Source: Eledone cirrhosa
Taxonomy: Eukaryota
Assembly: GCA_964016885.1 (NCBI GenBank)
Contig: CAXHJY010001158.1
Span: forward strand, 1 to 64,000
Reading direction: 5' to 3'
Length of the DNA: 64,000 nt
Position 1 is the first letter of the stretch. The number at the start of each line of letters is the position of its first letter. The notes beneath the pieces are model-generated. The model had not been told where the DNA came from. It worked only from the letters and a program-made list of their open reading frames with translations, and did not search any database. Both the position numbers and the translations under genes were made by a program. Below are positions 1 through 13,072 of this stretch, in pieces.

Positions 1-2339
1 GCACAGGGCCGGATGGCCCGTTTTCAGTGAATTTTCACCGGAATCGATCTGTAATTACTGGTACATGTGCGGACACACATTTGCTGTGTGTGGTGTGATT
101 TTCACGAAAAACTGCCCATGCTAAATGAGGAAGCTGAAGTCCGCCGGCGAATGGTGTGCTTCGAAGAAAACTAATTCGAAAATGACCGTTTGCAGGCGGA
201 GTAACCTTTTCGATCGTGGGCCAGCCGCCCGTGGTGGGATACATCTGTAATTACTGGTACATGTGCGGACACACATTTGCTGTGTGTGGTGTGATTTTCG
301 AGAAAGACTGCCCATGCTAAATGAGGAAGCTGAAGTCCGCCGGCGAATGGTGTGCTTCGAAGAAAACTAATTCGAAAATGACTATTTGCCGGCGGAATCA
401 CCTTTTCGGTCCTGGTCCGGCCGGATCTTGCCGGATCGATCGGAAATTTGTGGACCATGTTCGGAAGGCCATTGTGCATGTGTGGTGAAAAAAATTTGTG
501 TCGAAATCTTCTCGGAAAATAACGGATCGCCGGCGGAGATTGCCATTTCGATCGTGGGCCGGCCGGATCTTGTCGGATCGATTCGGACATATGTGCATCG
601 TGTTCGCAAGGCCCTTGTCTATGTGTGGTGTGATTTTCATAAAGAAATTCCGAAAAACCCAGTTTTAAATCTGATTTCGCCAAAGAATTTTGGCTATCAG
701 ATCGGGTTGAAAGGTATGGTTTCAGGTCGATCTGAAAGTCTAAAATGGAATTCACTCGGTTAGCTAACTATTGATATATCGGAGATATCTTTCTGAAAAT
801 CACACCACACACTCCCAATGAGTGTCTGCACATGTACCAGTAATTACAGATGGATCCCACCACGGGCGGCCGGCCCACGATCGAAAAGGTTACTCCGAAG
901 CACACCATTCGCCGGCGGAATTCATTTAGCATGGGCAGTTTTTCTCGAAAATCACACCACACACAGCCAATGAGTGTCCGCACATGTACCAGTAATTACA
1001 GATGGATCCCACCACGGGCGGCTGGCCCACGATCGAAAAGGTTACTCCGCCTGCAAACGGTCATTTTCGAATTAGTTTTCTTCGAAGCACACCATTCGCC
1101 GGCGGACTTCAGCTTCCTCATTTAGCATGGGCAGTTTTTCTCGAAAATCACACCACACACAGCAAATGTGTGTCCGCACATGTACCAGTAATTACAGATC
1201 GATTCCGGTGAAAATTCACTGAAAACGGGCCATTCTGCCCTGTGCGTCGATCGTGGGCCGGCCGGATGTTGACGGATCGATGTGTAATTAGAAGTACATG
1301 TGCGGACACTCATTGGCTGTGCGTGGTATGCATTTCAGCAAGATATCTCCGTAACATCAAGAGTTATGGCTGTGGAGGCACACCTAGTCAAACGTAAACA
1401 AGCTCTGGAGCGTATACGCTTCGCGATTTTGTTTACGTTTGACTAGGTGTGCCTCCACAGCCACAACTCTTGATGTTACGGAGATATCTTGCTGAAATGC
1501 ATACCACGCACAGCCAATGAGTGTCCGCACATGTACTTCTAATTACACATCGATCCGTCAACATCCGGCCGGCCCACGATCGACGCACAGGGCCGGATGG
1601 CCCGTTTTCAGTGAATTTTCACCGGAATCCATCTGTAATTACTGGTACATGTGCGGACACACATTTGCTGTGTGTGGTGTGATTTTCACGAAAAACTGCC
1701 CATGCTAAATGAGGAAGCTGAAGTCCGCCGGCGAATGGTGTGCTTCGAAGAAAACTAATTCGAAAATGACCGTTTGCAGGCGGAGTAACCTTTTCGATCG
1801 TGGGCCAGCCGCCCGTGGTGGGATACATCTGTAATTACTGGTACATGTGCGGACACACATTTGCTGTGTGTGGTGTGATTTTCGAGAAAGACTGCCCATG
1901 CTAAATGAGGAAGCTGAAGTCCGCCGGCGAATGGTGTGCTTCGAAGAAAACTAATTCGAAAATGACTATTTGCCGGCGGAATCACCTTTTCGGTCCTGGT
2001 CCGGCCGGATCTTGCCGGATCGATCGGAAATTTGTGGACCATGTTCGGAAGGCCATTGTGCATGTGTGGTGAAAAAAATTTGTGTCGAAATCTTCTCGGA
2101 AAATAACGGATCGCCGGCGGAGATTGCCATTTCGATCGTGGGCCGGCCGGATCTTGTCGGATCGATTCGGACATATGTGCATCGTGTTCGCAAGGCCCTT
2201 GTCTATGTGTGGTGTGATTTTCATAAAGAAATTCCGAAAAACCCAGTTTTAAATCTGATTTCGCCAAAGAATTTTGGCTATCAGATCGGGTTGAAAGGTA
2301 TGGTTTCAGGTCGATCTGAAAGTCTAAAATGGAATTCAC
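1..2339. repeat. Giant-palindrome satellite (1584-bp unit), end of array
   Basis: Period 1584 (ORFs at 35/1619 and 171/1755). Mirror ORFs 1002-1211(+) and 1619-1828(-) give a symmetry centre at 1415. Built from ~196-bp subrepeats. Confidence 0.95.
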
Positions 2340-3033
2340 ACATTTTTAGTTATACTTTGAAGCACATTTTTTTTGTTACTATTATATTAAAAGTTATCTG
2401 GTTACGTTATTTGACTGGTATTTCTAGCATTTTACAAGGACCACGTGTGTGTTTTATTTAAGGAAGATCTAGTTGTTATTTCTGATATTTTCTTCATCAA
2501 GTTAGTTGCTATTTCCTGCATCCTCTTGAAGACAAGAAATAATAATGAATTAGCTGCTGTTTCTAGTAGGTTCTATGGTAGTGATGAGCGTGGGAGGGAG
2601 GTTTGACTGCTATTTTTAGCAGGTTCTAAGGCATTGAGGTTTATGTTTTACGAGAGATTTGGCTGTTATTTCTAACATGTTATAATGGAGAGAGAGAGAG
2701 AGTATAAGATATACAGAGAGAGGGAGTATAAGATATAGAGAGAGGGGAAACGGCCGATGTTTACGTTGAGAAAACCTAATAAAATGTTATAAATGGGTTT
2801 ATAAAGAATAGAATGAGATAAACAAGACAAAGTTAGATAAAATAAATCAGCTGTAAGGATATTATACGATATATTTATAATATTTTAATATATTTTTCCT
2901 GGTCGTCTGCTGCCATTGATAGAGAGAGGAGTGGTGGGAGGTAGCCATAACAACCGTGGTAGCAGCACTGAGGTTTGTTTTTAAAGAAGTGAATACAAGA
3001 AAAACAAGCAACTAAGAATATTAATCTCTTAAA

Positions 3034-3640
3034 CCCTTCAAGATGTGTATGACAAGAAAGAAGACGTTTTAGAGTCGTATGACATAGATGATAACTGGAA
3101 ATTCTTACGTGACAACTTACTGCAGGCTACTGAAGAAACTTGTGGCTGGAGCAGAGCTCCGACCAGACAGAGAGTGACCTGGTGGTGGGACAACACGGTA
3201 GATAAGGCCATTAGAGACAAAAGACTAGCATGGAACACTTGAAAAAATGGTGGGAGTAGAGACCGATACACAGCTGCTAAGAGAGAAGCTAGACGTCAGA
3301 TGTACTTAGCACGCACGGAGGCTGAGAGTAGGAGGTTTGCCAATGTTCTGTGATGGGAAGATCAGAGGCGTGCGGTGTTCCACATTGCAAGGCATGGTGT
3401 CAGTGTAAATCAGGATGTTGTTGGAGATAAGTGTATCCGGAATGATGCCAGTGTACTTGGTGTCACGAATGATCAAAAAAAGGAGGCCTGGAAATATCAT
3501 TATGAGAGGCTGATGAATTGTGGAGAATGAATGGGAGAGAGGGAAACTATCCCCAGTAGACCCAACAGAGGGACCAGCTATTGAGATTGGGAAATATAGG
3601 GTACAAGAGGCAATTAAGGAAATGAAGAATGGCAAGGCTA
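3034..3640 (+). mobile_element. Decayed RTE-clade LINE ORF fragment (EN-RT linker region); copy B at ~39945-40551
   Basis: Translates WKFLRDNLLQATEETCGW...TWWWDNTVDKAI and EAIKEMKNGKA, with stops and frameshifts. Confidence 0.75.
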
Positions 3641-3647
3641 CATTTAA

Positions 3648-3868
3648 CCCTTTAGCATTTAAACCAGCCATACCTAGCCAGAATACTCTCACATCTTTCT
3701 GTTCAAACCAGCCATAACTGGCCACTCATACTGACGTTAAGGTATTGTTCTCAATATAAATAATATCAAAATCTCATAGATTCGATATTATATGAGATAA
3801 TTATGTAAGATAAAGCCTTTACCACAAAAATACAATAGTATATATAGAGTAATAAAAATGCTAAAGGG
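3648..3868. mobile_element. piggyBac-type MITE; copy B at 40559-40779
   Basis: TTAA|CCCTTTAGCATT ... AATGCTAAAGGG|TAAA: 12-bp terminal inverted repeats with CCC/GGG ends and a degenerate TTAA target. Confidence 0.75.
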
Positions 3869-4189
3869 TAAAAGTAGCTTATTATTTTGTGAGCTCTTGC
3901 TACTTATTGCTCTTGTGCATCAAGAACATACACAGCTTACATTTTGTTGCTAATCTCACTGAGATCCAACTACATCTCTTGTTTATCCATAGTTTGGAAT
4001 TTCTACCTACTCCTTTCCTTTAGAATGATCAAGGCCATTTTCTTGTGGGGATCTAGGCCCTGTTTTCCTTTCTATTTTGCCAAGTTATCTTACATCACTT
4101 TCATTCTAGACCATGCTTCCAGGTTTGGAATTTCTCCTCTAATTTTACCACAGATTAAGTGACAAGGGTTCAATCATGTGCATACAGGA

Positions 4190-5790
4190 GTTCCCATGGA
4201 CAGCCAGTAATATGTAATAGCCTGCAGGATGATAATAAACAGAAGAGGGTTAATTACAGAGCCTTGATAGAGGGTTAATAACAGAGCCCTGATAGACTTG
4301 TTCACTCAACTCCTCACTATAGCCATCATTACTTTTAACCTTACTGACTGCTCCTCCATACATGGCTTTTACTGCTCTCACAAGCCACTCATATACCCCT
4401 AGTTTTCTAAGTTATACACCAGATTAGGGAAGGGGGAAGTCTCACAGAAGCTCTCTCTGGGTCAACAAATGCCAAGTAGAGGGGCTTATTTTAGCTAGGT
4501 ACTACTCTTGCAGTTGCCACACAAGGAAGAGGACATCAGTGGTACTTTTACCTGGCACAAATCCAAACTTCATCTCATCTAGGTTAACTTGGTCCCTAAT
4601 CAGCTGTGTTATAAATCTAACACCTTCATGAAGTGGTCCATCTAATATCTCTATAGTTTTCTAGCTCTAGTACATCTCCTTTGCCCTTGTAGCAGTTGAT
4701 GATGATGATACTACACCATTTATTTGGTATGACACCATTTTGTATTACATGCTGTACGATACCAGTGGTTAAGATGTGACCCACCATCCCAGATACTTTC
4801 AGTATCTCAGCAACTATCACCAATGGACAAGATACTTTCTCTGTCTTCATATCCTTAATTACCTTACTTCATATCCTTAATTACCTTACTGCTTACTTGT
4901 ATGGCTGGACCCTCTGTTGGGCCCACTTTCCGTAGACTATCTTCCTCCCATGCATTCTCCTCATTCAGTAATCTTTCATAAAGGCATTTCCATGTTACAA
5001 AGGTTGGCTGAAAAGTTCATAGACTATCAATGATAGCATGATGCTAGAGCTGTGAAATCTTGCCTGCATTAATTTCAACTCTTCTTATTAATAACTGCAT
5101 TGTTTCCTTCCAGGGACTATGTTGAAAAATAAACCTCATTTGGTCATTCCATGAGTGTATCTTGGTATGCCTATGAACTTTTCAGCTGACCCTATTCAGC
5201 ATCAGTGAGCCCAAATGCCCCATTATCATCCTGGACACACTTTACCCCAACATCACAATTTGCCCTCACACACTGCCTCACAATCCTGAACATCTCATGT
5301 ATTTCATCCTCACATCATAAAACCAACTGAAATTATATATTCTCTGCTTCCCTCCTTGCAAAGAATACTTCTTGCCTAGCTTCCTGTAGTGTACCCTCCA
5401 GCTGCCTCCATTCTGCCATTATTCCATGCCTGTCTCTTGGCCTTAACTGTCTCATCTACCCTAGTGTTTCACCACCAAGATACTCTCCTCTCTGAAGCCC
5501 TGCTCCAGCCACAGATCTAGTTTGACACCTTCAGCAAAGGTTCTTTAAGGAACTCCCACTGTTCCCCTATATTGTATGTTTCTATTTGTTCTTCCTTACT
5601 GTTGTAAAGATCAAACAAAATATCTCTAAATTTGGAACTGGCTGAGGGGTCCTTTAACTTCCATATCCTTCTCCTCCAAGTTGCCCTCAGTCTTCAAGTT
5701 CATCTAAGTCTATGAAATCACTAACTACTGGGTTATGTTGGGAGGTGCATTCTTCCCCAGGGGGTGGGGATTGTGTGTTTACAAATGTCA
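4190..5790 (-). mobile_element. Decayed RTE-clade LINE fragment (EN to RT N-terminal part); copy B at ~41101-42701
   Basis: Minus-strand IPNKWCSIIIINCYKGKGDVLELENYRDI (RT domain 0/1-like), with many disablements. Boundaries approximate. Confidence 0.7.
4997..5196. mobile_element. Tc1/mariner-type MITE nested in the RTE fragment; copy B at ~41908-42107
   Basis: AGGTTGGCTGAAAAGTTCATAG (5001-5022) and CTATGAACTTTTCAGCTGACCCT (5171-5193) are inverted repeats; TA at the left end. Confidence 0.7.
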
Positions 5791-5909
5791 ATATCTCATC
5801 TTCTGGTGAGGATAAAAATCTGACTGGCATGCTCCTCTGACCAATAGGTGTTGAAGTGGTTGTCGGGTAAACGTTAAGACCCTCTGATATACATATATAT
5901 ATATATATA

Positions 5910-5937
5910 CTAGCAGTGGTACCCGGCGTTGCACGGG
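5910..5937 (-). mobile_element. Helitron-like 3' terminus (hairpin + CTAG) beside (TA)n; copy B at 42821-42848
   Basis: Minus strand reads CCCG-TGCAACGC-CGGG hairpin, 8 nt, then CTAG|T, the canonical Helitron 3' end layout. The 5' end was not identified. Confidence 0.5.
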
Positions 5938-6299
5938 ATAACGTATTTCGGAACGCGGGCCGCCATCTTCCACTTCAGCCGGTCGCCCTAAAGTGTTGGC
6001 TATTCAGTCTACTTGAGGCCAGTTGGTGAGGGGGGGTAAAGCTTTCAGTGTGCTACTACCCTCACGGTCAAATAGAAAGGGAGAGGAAGAAAAGTCAGCG
6101 TTAATATCGTGCTACACGTTTGAAAGGTTGGATGACCTTAGAGTTCACCAGGGTGGGGGGTTCTAAAAGTATCTATCTTGGTATTTTATCTTAGAAGTAA
6201 TCATTACAGAGTGTACTGGGTGTATTTTAGTGGGCAGTAATTCCATAAAGAACACAGTATAATCTGTGGACACAAGCCTTGCAGTGTGATTACAGGCAG

Positions 6300-7030
6300 G
6301 TTAATGGGAAAGATAGATTATATATGTGACATGATGTACATGAGAAGTGAGGACACAGACCACACATGAAATAGATTCCTACAACTGTCAGGGAGGCTCC
6401 CTAGAATTACAGATGACATATTTCAATATCTCGGTGATCAAGTTAGCAGTGGAGGAAGAATCTCTAAAAGTGTAATACCCAGGATAAGGACAGGCTGGAA
6501 GAAGTTTAGAGTACTGTTCCATCTGTTGACAACAAAGGGCTTCTCTCTCAGAATGGAGGCTAGACTGCTTGATACTTATGTGTGGTCTGCAATCTACACC
6601 CCAGCCATGCCCCTTCCACTACCACTCCTTAGCTATTTCTCTCCATTAATACTCCTCACATTTCAAGCAGTTTTCTCATCTCAATGAAAGAAAAATATTG
6701 GGCTCAAGAGAAGTCTTCAGTTATGCCATGGTGTGGCAACCTCCCTAGGGTTGGGCAGAGTGTAAATGAGAGTGAAATTAGGTATGAGAGGGATCATATG
6801 CAGTATACAAGAGAGTAGATTACATTGGTATGGTCATGTGATGGGTATAAAGGATGACAGCTGTATAAAAATGTGCTGGGCAATCAAAGTTGATGGAAGT
6901 TATGAAGGCGGAAGACCCAGGATGACCTGGGATGAGGTGATAAAAGATGACTTTGCACAATTGCAACTCTCAAAGACAATGACACAGGATAGAGATCTTG
7001 AGATGTATGCAGCAATACAGAAGGCCTGCT
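6300..7030 (+). mobile_element. Decayed RTE-clade LINE C-terminal fragment; copy B at ~43211-43941
   Basis: RLHWYGHV...GGRPRMTWDEVIKDD, a typical RTE C-terminal motif; FQYLGD upstream. Confidence 0.75.
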
Positions 7031-7119
7031 TTCCAATGTGCACGGACTCAAACATACATCTAGTAGGCCCCTCCTAACCACTATACTCCTTTCCAAACTC
7101 CCACACTCCCACTTCTGTA

Positions 7120-7842
7120 CACACCACCTTTAGACTGTAAAGTGGTAGTGTACAAGTCACAACAAAAGCACCCAGTCCACTCTGTAAAGTTGATGTGTTG
7201 GTGTCATAACAAAAGGCACTCAGTCCACTCTGTAAAGAGGTTGTGTAAGTGTCACAACAAAGACATCTAGTCCACACTGTAAAGTGGTCATGTAGGTGTC
7301 ACAACAAAAAGTACCAGTCATTATTGTAAAGTGGTTGTATAGGTGTCATAACAAAAAGCACCCAGTCGACACTGTAAAGTGGTTGTGTAGGTGTCAGAAC
7401 CAAAAGCACCCAGTCCACACTGTAAAGTGGTTGTGTAGGTGTCATGACAAAAAGCACCTAGTCCACACTGTAAAGTGGTCATGCAGGTGTCATGACAAAA
7501 AGCACCCAGTCCTCACTGTAAAGTGGTCATGTAGGTGTCATGTCAAAAAGCACCCAGTCCACCCTGTAAAGTGGTTGTGTAGGTGTCATGATAAAAAGCA
7601 CCCAGTCCACACAGTAAAGTGGTCATGTAGGTGTCACTAAAAAAGCACCCAGTCTACTCTGTAAAGTGGTCATGTAGGTGTCATGACAAATAGCACCCAG
7701 TCCACCCTGTAAAGTGTTCATGTAGGTGTCATGACGGAGAGTAACCAGTCCACAATGTAAAGTAGCCATGTAGCTGTCACAACAAAGCACCCAGTCCACA
7801 CTGTAAAGTGGTCATGTAGGTGTCATTTCAAAAAGCACCCAG
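7120..7842 (+). repeat. 48-bp minisatellite, ~15 diverged copies; copy B at ~44031-44753
   Basis: Unit AAAAGCACCCAGTCCACACTGTAAAGTGGTCATGTAGGTGTCATGAC-like; CACC recurs at 7407 and 7455. Confidence 0.92.
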
Positions 7843-7924
7843 GTCCATGGCTTGGCCTGCTAACCGACGCTATACCCAAGTCGGTCGCCATGCTTTCCAG
7901 CATAGAGTTACGTCTCTTTATGGT

Positions 7925-8040
7925 CTGAGTTCAAATCACGCCGAGGTTAACTTTGCCTTTCATCCTTACGGGGTCGATAAAATAAAGCACCAGTAATGTA
8001 CTGGGGTCGATTTAATCGACTTTCCCCTCCTCTGCCAAAT
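7925..8040 (+). mobile_element. SINE fragment (B-box-like GAGTTCAAAT + conserved core); copy B at ~44836-44951
   Basis: CTGAGTTCAAATCACGCCGAGGTTAACTTTGCCTTTCATCCTTACGGGGTCGATAAAATAAAGCACCAG. Related copies at ~19308, ~22720, 28993(-) and 29280. Confidence 0.7.
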
Positions 8041-8072
8041 GACACACACATGCATGGTTCGGGGGAACCTAC

Positions 8073-8073
<1 letters not shown>

Positions 8074-8155
<82 letters not shown>
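8074..8155. repeat. (TA)n microsatellite flanked by inverted ACCTACG/CGTAGGT; copy B at ~44985-45064
   Basis: ACCTACG(TA)n CGTAGGT makes the whole tract a ~96-bp palindrome. Confidence 0.9.
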
Positions 8156-8156
<1 letters not shown>

Positions 8157-9035
8157 GTAGGTCACTGGTTGAGTCGGTATTAACCACAGTAACTAAGGTA
8201 CTCAATACATATTAGATATAGGTGTCTTTCTAATTGCTGGCCTTGTTCATAAGGTATACACAAGTATGATGTGTGTCTGTTTAACTGTACGTGTGAAAAC
8301 ATCGCGAAATTGCGCCTTTTAATATTTGAATATAAACAGTTAAAAAATAATTATTTTAGTAATTTTTAAATATCGATAATGTGTATATAAATATTAGAAA
8401 TCAATTTAATTAGTTCAGTAACATTACTCGGAGTTAAGATAAACCTTCATTTGAAGAAATTCGAGATTTGACCAAATAAATAGATTATGTGATCAATAAA
8501 AAAAATATGTATACGCGCTTGAACGACGGGTTGCAGACAGTCAGGCATACAGACACATATTTTAAAGCGTGCGACGTTAAAAGTGTTACTCTCTCTCTTT
8601 TTAGATAGATAGACTTAATTAAAGCAGTTTCACTCTCTCTATATTTCATCAGCTCCCTCTCTCTTAAATTGAAAGATTCATTAAGGCTGAAATAATCTAA
8701 ACAGTAACATCATTTTTCGCCAGCTCTAGCTTGCGTCCAGAGATATACACACACATATATATATATTTTTTTTGTTATCGAGTTGAGCTTTGCCAAGCAT
8801 AGAATTCCAAATTTGACCATCTCCACTGAAAATGTTCGTGAAATAGTCTTTAAGAAGCAATTTAATTTTTTCCAACTGAAACTGTAAGTATTTTAAAATT
8901 TATTTCAACATGGTCTTAAAAGATTGTTGGCTTTTTTTAAATTCATAACTATTTACTATGAAATATAAATTATTAAATCCAATTTATTTGATAACCATGA
9001 TTTGATTTTATAATTACCTGAATCACGTTAACATG

Positions 9036-9077
<42 letters not shown>

Positions 9078-9308
9078 TGTGTGTATATATATATATATAT
9101 AATAATTGTTTCTACGTTACGCAGTGTATTACTGGTACTGTATTTTACGATATTAAATATTAAATATTAACTATTAGATATTAGATATAAAATATTAAAT
9201 ATGATATCCCTGAAATATATATAATGAAATAAATATGGTTTTATAAATGTAATTTCCATTTGTTTAATATCAAATATATATATATATATATATATGTATT
9301 TATGTATA

Positions 9309-9370
<62 letters not shown>

Positions 9371-9596
9371 GCAGACACAGACACAGAATATCGTATATAT
9401 CACACACACACAATTAAGACTTGACGTGTTGCAGACAGCCAGACATACAGAGAGATATTTTAAAGCGTGCGACCTTACATTTCTTACTCTTTCTCTTATC
9501 AAAAGAGAAAGAGTAATGCTAACACTTACGTCTACTTCACGCTCTCTTGAACCGTTACAGAAATTGCATCACATCTAATTATAACTTTGTACGTTT

Positions 9597-9597
9597 G

Positions 9598-9631
<34 letters not shown>

Positions 9632-9634
9632 TAC

Positions 9635-9732
<98 letters not shown>

Positions 9733-9765
9733 GTGTGTGTGTGTATATATATACACACACACGTG

Positions 9766-9827
<62 letters not shown>

Positions 9828-9878
9828 AATACACACACACGTGTGTGTGTATATATATATATATATACACACACACAC

Positions 9879-9970
<92 letters not shown>

Positions 9971-9974
9971 GTGA

Positions 9975-10005
<31 letters not shown>

Positions 10006-10101
10006 CACGTGTGTGTGTGTATATATATATATATACACACACACGTGTGTATATATATATATATACATATATATATATACACACACACGTGTGTGTGTAT
10101 A
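9597..10101. repeat. Compound palindromic microsatellite (TA)n(CA)nCG(TG)n; continues at 13227-13492; uninterrupted in copy B at 46565-46857
   Basis: Repeating TATATACACACACGTGTGTGTATATA modules. Confidence 0.95.
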
Positions 10102-10250
10102 TAATAATAATAATAATAATGAAATGATTGTGTACAGTGCTCAGGTGCACTACAACTCATCAAAGGTGCATGTATAGTACATAGAATAATGTACAAACAT
10201 CAGTAAAATGAACAGTGCACACATGTGTGCATGTGTATGGAAGGGGCACA

Positions 10251-13016
10251 TCAGGTGTAGTTTTGGCGTATTTCGGGAAGCATGAGTGTCTTAAAGGATG
10301 CAGTGTCTCGGCAGCTAACAATTGACGCAGGCAGTTTGTTCCATGTTTCAGCAACTCTGAGCGTGAAAAAATGTCTGCGAAAGTCATGGGAGCTGTGCTG
10401 TTTTCTTATCTTGTAGGCATGTCCACGTGTGTTAGACACATGGAGATCAAAGAGACGCTCAGGGTTGCAGTTGGCGAGATGGTTAAAAACTTTGTGGGTA
10501 TTCACCAAGTCCACTGCCAGATGTCGGAGCTTCAATGAATCCATGCCCAGGGAAGCAAGGCGTTCAGAGTATGGTAGGTGTCTGATGGAGGGTATGCGCT
10601 TGGTTGCACGTCTCTGAACAGCTTCCAGGAGGTCAATGTTCCGAGCAAGATAGGGGTTCCAGACTGATGATGCGAATTCCAAGTGTGGTCGCACCATAGC
10701 TGTATACAGTTTTAAATAGATGGCTGGAGAGCGGCTAACAAAGGTCTTGCTGAGTGATGCCAAGACACCCTCGGCCTTCTTGACAATCTTAGAGACATGC
10801 TTTGTCCAACGCAAATCGTTGCCGACAGTAATGCCCAGGTCACGTTCACAAGAGGACTTTTTGATGTCAGTGTTGTGGAGGGAGTATGTGGACGCTGGAT
10901 TTTTCCTTCCAAAATGCATGGTGGTACACTTGTCCACAGCCAGCTTCAGTTGCCAGTCTGTGATCCATTGCTGCATTGTGTCCAGGTCTGATTTTAGGAA
11001 AGAGTTGTAAATTTCAGGATCAGTCCTTTTGATTTCAAGGTACAGCTTGATGTCATCTGCATATTTTAGTACCGTGGCATTCTGTAAGTTGGCATCTATG
11101 TCATTAATATATGCCACAAACAAAAGAGGACCAAGAACAGATCCCTGTGGTACACCAGATGACATCTCATATGGTGAAGAATGCTGTCCTAGAACCGTGA
11201 CTACTTTCCTTCGGCTGAGAATGAAGGATTTCAGCCAGTCGAAAAGATCATCCCTCACACCCATTGCAGAGAGTTTTGCCATAAGTCTTTTGTGTGGCAC
11301 AGAATTAAAAGCCTTAGCAAAGTCAAGGTAAACAACATCCACCCATGAGCCGCTGTCAGTGATCCGGGTGATGTCCTCAAGGAACTCGATAAGCTGATCA
11401 CAGCAGCTGGAGTTAGGGATAAATCCAAACTGTGAGGGCCGGATGAGGCTGTGAGAGCTCCAGAAGTTCCAAAGTGTTTCTCTGACACAGGATTCCATCA
11501 GTTTGGCCATACAGCTAGTAAGACTGACTGGACGATAGTTGACAGGTGACATGCGGTTGCCCTTTTTGAACAGGGGAATGACACTGGCAGTTTTCCACTG
11601 CTCCGGAGTAGCACCATTGCTGAGACAGTATTGAAAGAAAAAAGAAAGCTGGCGCAAAAGGAAATCCCCGCCACGTTTGAGAAGCAGGTATGTCACACCA
11701 TCAAGACCAGGGGAGGCATAGTTGCGCTTATTCTTAAGGTGACGTCGCAACATTGCAGGTGTAAATTCCATAGTTGTTATGGAATTTGATGTTAGAGATG
11801 GTGGAGATGGTACATTCTGGTTTTCAACAGTAAAAATACTTGCATAGCACTCAGCAATGAGTTCTGCGCATTCCTTGGGATCGTCAGTGATCTGGCTTGT
11901 GTGGGGATTGCGAAGAGGACCAACTGGAGAGTGAGGTCTCTGCTTTGAATGAACATATTTCCAGAACACCTTACTGTCAGGATTGGTTGCGATGCACTGT
12001 TCAAATTCAAGCACTGCCTTCTTTGTCACTTGCTTGAGATGGTTAGAAGATTTATTCCGCTTTTTTCTGTTGGCATCTGATCTATGCAGTTTATATTCCC
12101 GTTCAGCGTTCCGACGTTCTTTCCTGGCAAGTCGGACTGCTGAAGTTTCCCAGATTGCACTTTTGGGGTGGTTATTTTTCCGCTTCCGTGGCACTGATGC
12201 TGCACACGCTATCCATATTGAGTCCAGGATGCTCTGGAGTATAGAGTTCACATCTCCAGAGTTATACATCTCATGCCAGTTTGGGCGCTGTAGCTCAGTG
12301 CAGTACAAGTTCCAATCCGCCCTCTTCCAATCAAAGCAAGCAGATTGGAGATGGCTCTGGTTTTTGTTGCTGCCCTCAAGTGCCAGATTGGCAATGATCA
12401 TAGCATGATCAGAGTCGCCTAGAGGTTCCTCAGTAGTACAACTGATAACCACTTCAGGAGTAGTGGTGAAGATCAGGTCCAAAGTGTTGTCACCTCTTGT
12501 TGGAGAGGTGACTACTTGTGACCAGTTTGAGTCCAGCACTAGTTCAAGGAAATCGTTTGCACCCTGTGGCCAACGAAAGGTTTCCCAATCGATCTCAGGA
12601 TGATTGAAGTCACCTGCAATAAACACATAAGTGGCTGTTTTCTTGGCAGCAACTCTGAGGATATCGCAAAGCTGTGTGTCCTGATGGTAGTTTGGGGGGC
12701 GATAAACAACACCAAGCAGAAGTGTTGACATGGTCATACGTATGTCACAGAAAAAAACTTCTTCCTGTGATTCGTTCAAATCAACGCAAGGAATTACCGA
12801 AAAGTTTGAACGAACGTAGACCATCACACCACCACCACGGCGGTTAATGCGGTCCTTGCGGAAAAGGTTGTACCCAGTAATGGTGAAAACCCCATCACAG
12901 AGTAAGGAATGTGCCCATGTTTCCGTGACTGTGATGAAGTCAGGGTCGATGCTTCTGACGTAGGATTCGAACAGATGTATCTTGTTGCATAAACTGCGAG
13001 CATTTAAGGACAACAA
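10251..13016 (-). CDS. LINE ORF2: apurinic-like endonuclease + reverse transcriptase (CR1 group), 921 aa; no AUG before the EN domain
   Basis: EN motifs LNARS, VTETW, GDFNHP, LDLIF, SDH. RT motifs NYRPVSLTS, LDFAKAFNSV, GVPQGSVLGP, YADD. CR1-type C-terminus RPHLEFASSVWNPY, VQRRATK, TRGH, WNKLP. Confidence 0.95.
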   Translation of the reverse strand: MLSLNARSLCNKIHLFESYVRSIDPDFITVTETWAHSLLCDGVFTITGYNLFRKDRINRRGGGVMVYVRSNFSVIPCVDLNESQEEVFFCDIRMTMSTLLLGVVYRPPNYHQDTQLCDILRVAAKKTATYVFIAGDFNHPEIDWETFRWPQGANDFLELVLDSNWSQVVTSPTRGDNTLDLIFTTTPEVVISCTTEEPLGDSDHAMIIANLALEGSNKNQSHLQSACFDWKRADWNLYCTELQRPNWHEMYNSGDVNSILQSILDSIWIACAASVPRKRKNNHPKSAIWETSAVRLARKERRNAEREYKLHRSDANRKKRNKSSNHLKQVTKKAVLEFEQCIATNPDSKVFWKYVHSKQRPHSPVGPLRNPHTSQITDDPKECAELIAECYASIFTVENQNVPSPPSLTSNSITTMEFTPAMLRRHLKNKRNYASPGLDGVTYLLLKRGGDFLLRQLSFFFQYCLSNGATPEQWKTASVIPLFKKGNRMSPVNYRPVSLTSCMAKLMESCVRETLWNFWSSHSLIRPSQFGFIPNSSCCDQLIEFLEDITRITDSGSWVDVVYLDFAKAFNSVPHKRLMAKLSAMGVRDDLFDWLKSFILSRRKVVTVLGQHSSPYEMSSGVPQGSVLGPLLFVAYINDIDANLQNATVLKYADDIKLYLEIKRTDPEIYNSFLKSDLDTMQQWITDWQLKLAVDKCTTMHFGRKNPASTYSLHNTDIKKSSCERDLGITVGNDLRWTKHVSKIVKKAEGVLASLSKTFVSRSPAIYLKLYTAMVRPHLEFASSVWNPYLARNIDLLEAVQRRATKRIPSIRHLPYSERLASLGMDSLKLRHLAVDLVNTHKVFNHLANCNPERLFDLHVSNTRGHAYKIRKQHSSHDFRRHFFTLRVAETWNKLPASIVSCRDTASFKTLMLPEIRQNYT

Positions 13017-13072
13017 TTTGTACCCTGCTCGCAGTCTATGATGGTGTGTAGAGGGTGGCAGGTTGTTCTGGT

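Noticed and set aside
171-755. 194-aa and 270-aa ORFs and mirror ORFs in the palindrome satellite
   Set aside because: No recognisable domain, overlapping ORFs in several frames, and recurrence explained by the repeat structure.
1402-1428. Viral hairpin-telomere (flip/flop) concatemer junction at the palindrome apex
   Set aside because: All apex spacers have the same orientation, and no Rep, resolvase or protelomerase gene is present.
7296-7640. Cys/His-rich repeat protein (KKHPVHTVKWLCRCHD)n resembling a metal-binding repeat
   Set aside because: A 48-bp minisatellite is in frame by arithmetic; flanking copies carry stops and indels, and there is no AUG start.
9167-10196. [12 protein letters not shown] ORFs
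   Set aside because: Translations of dinucleotide microsatellites.
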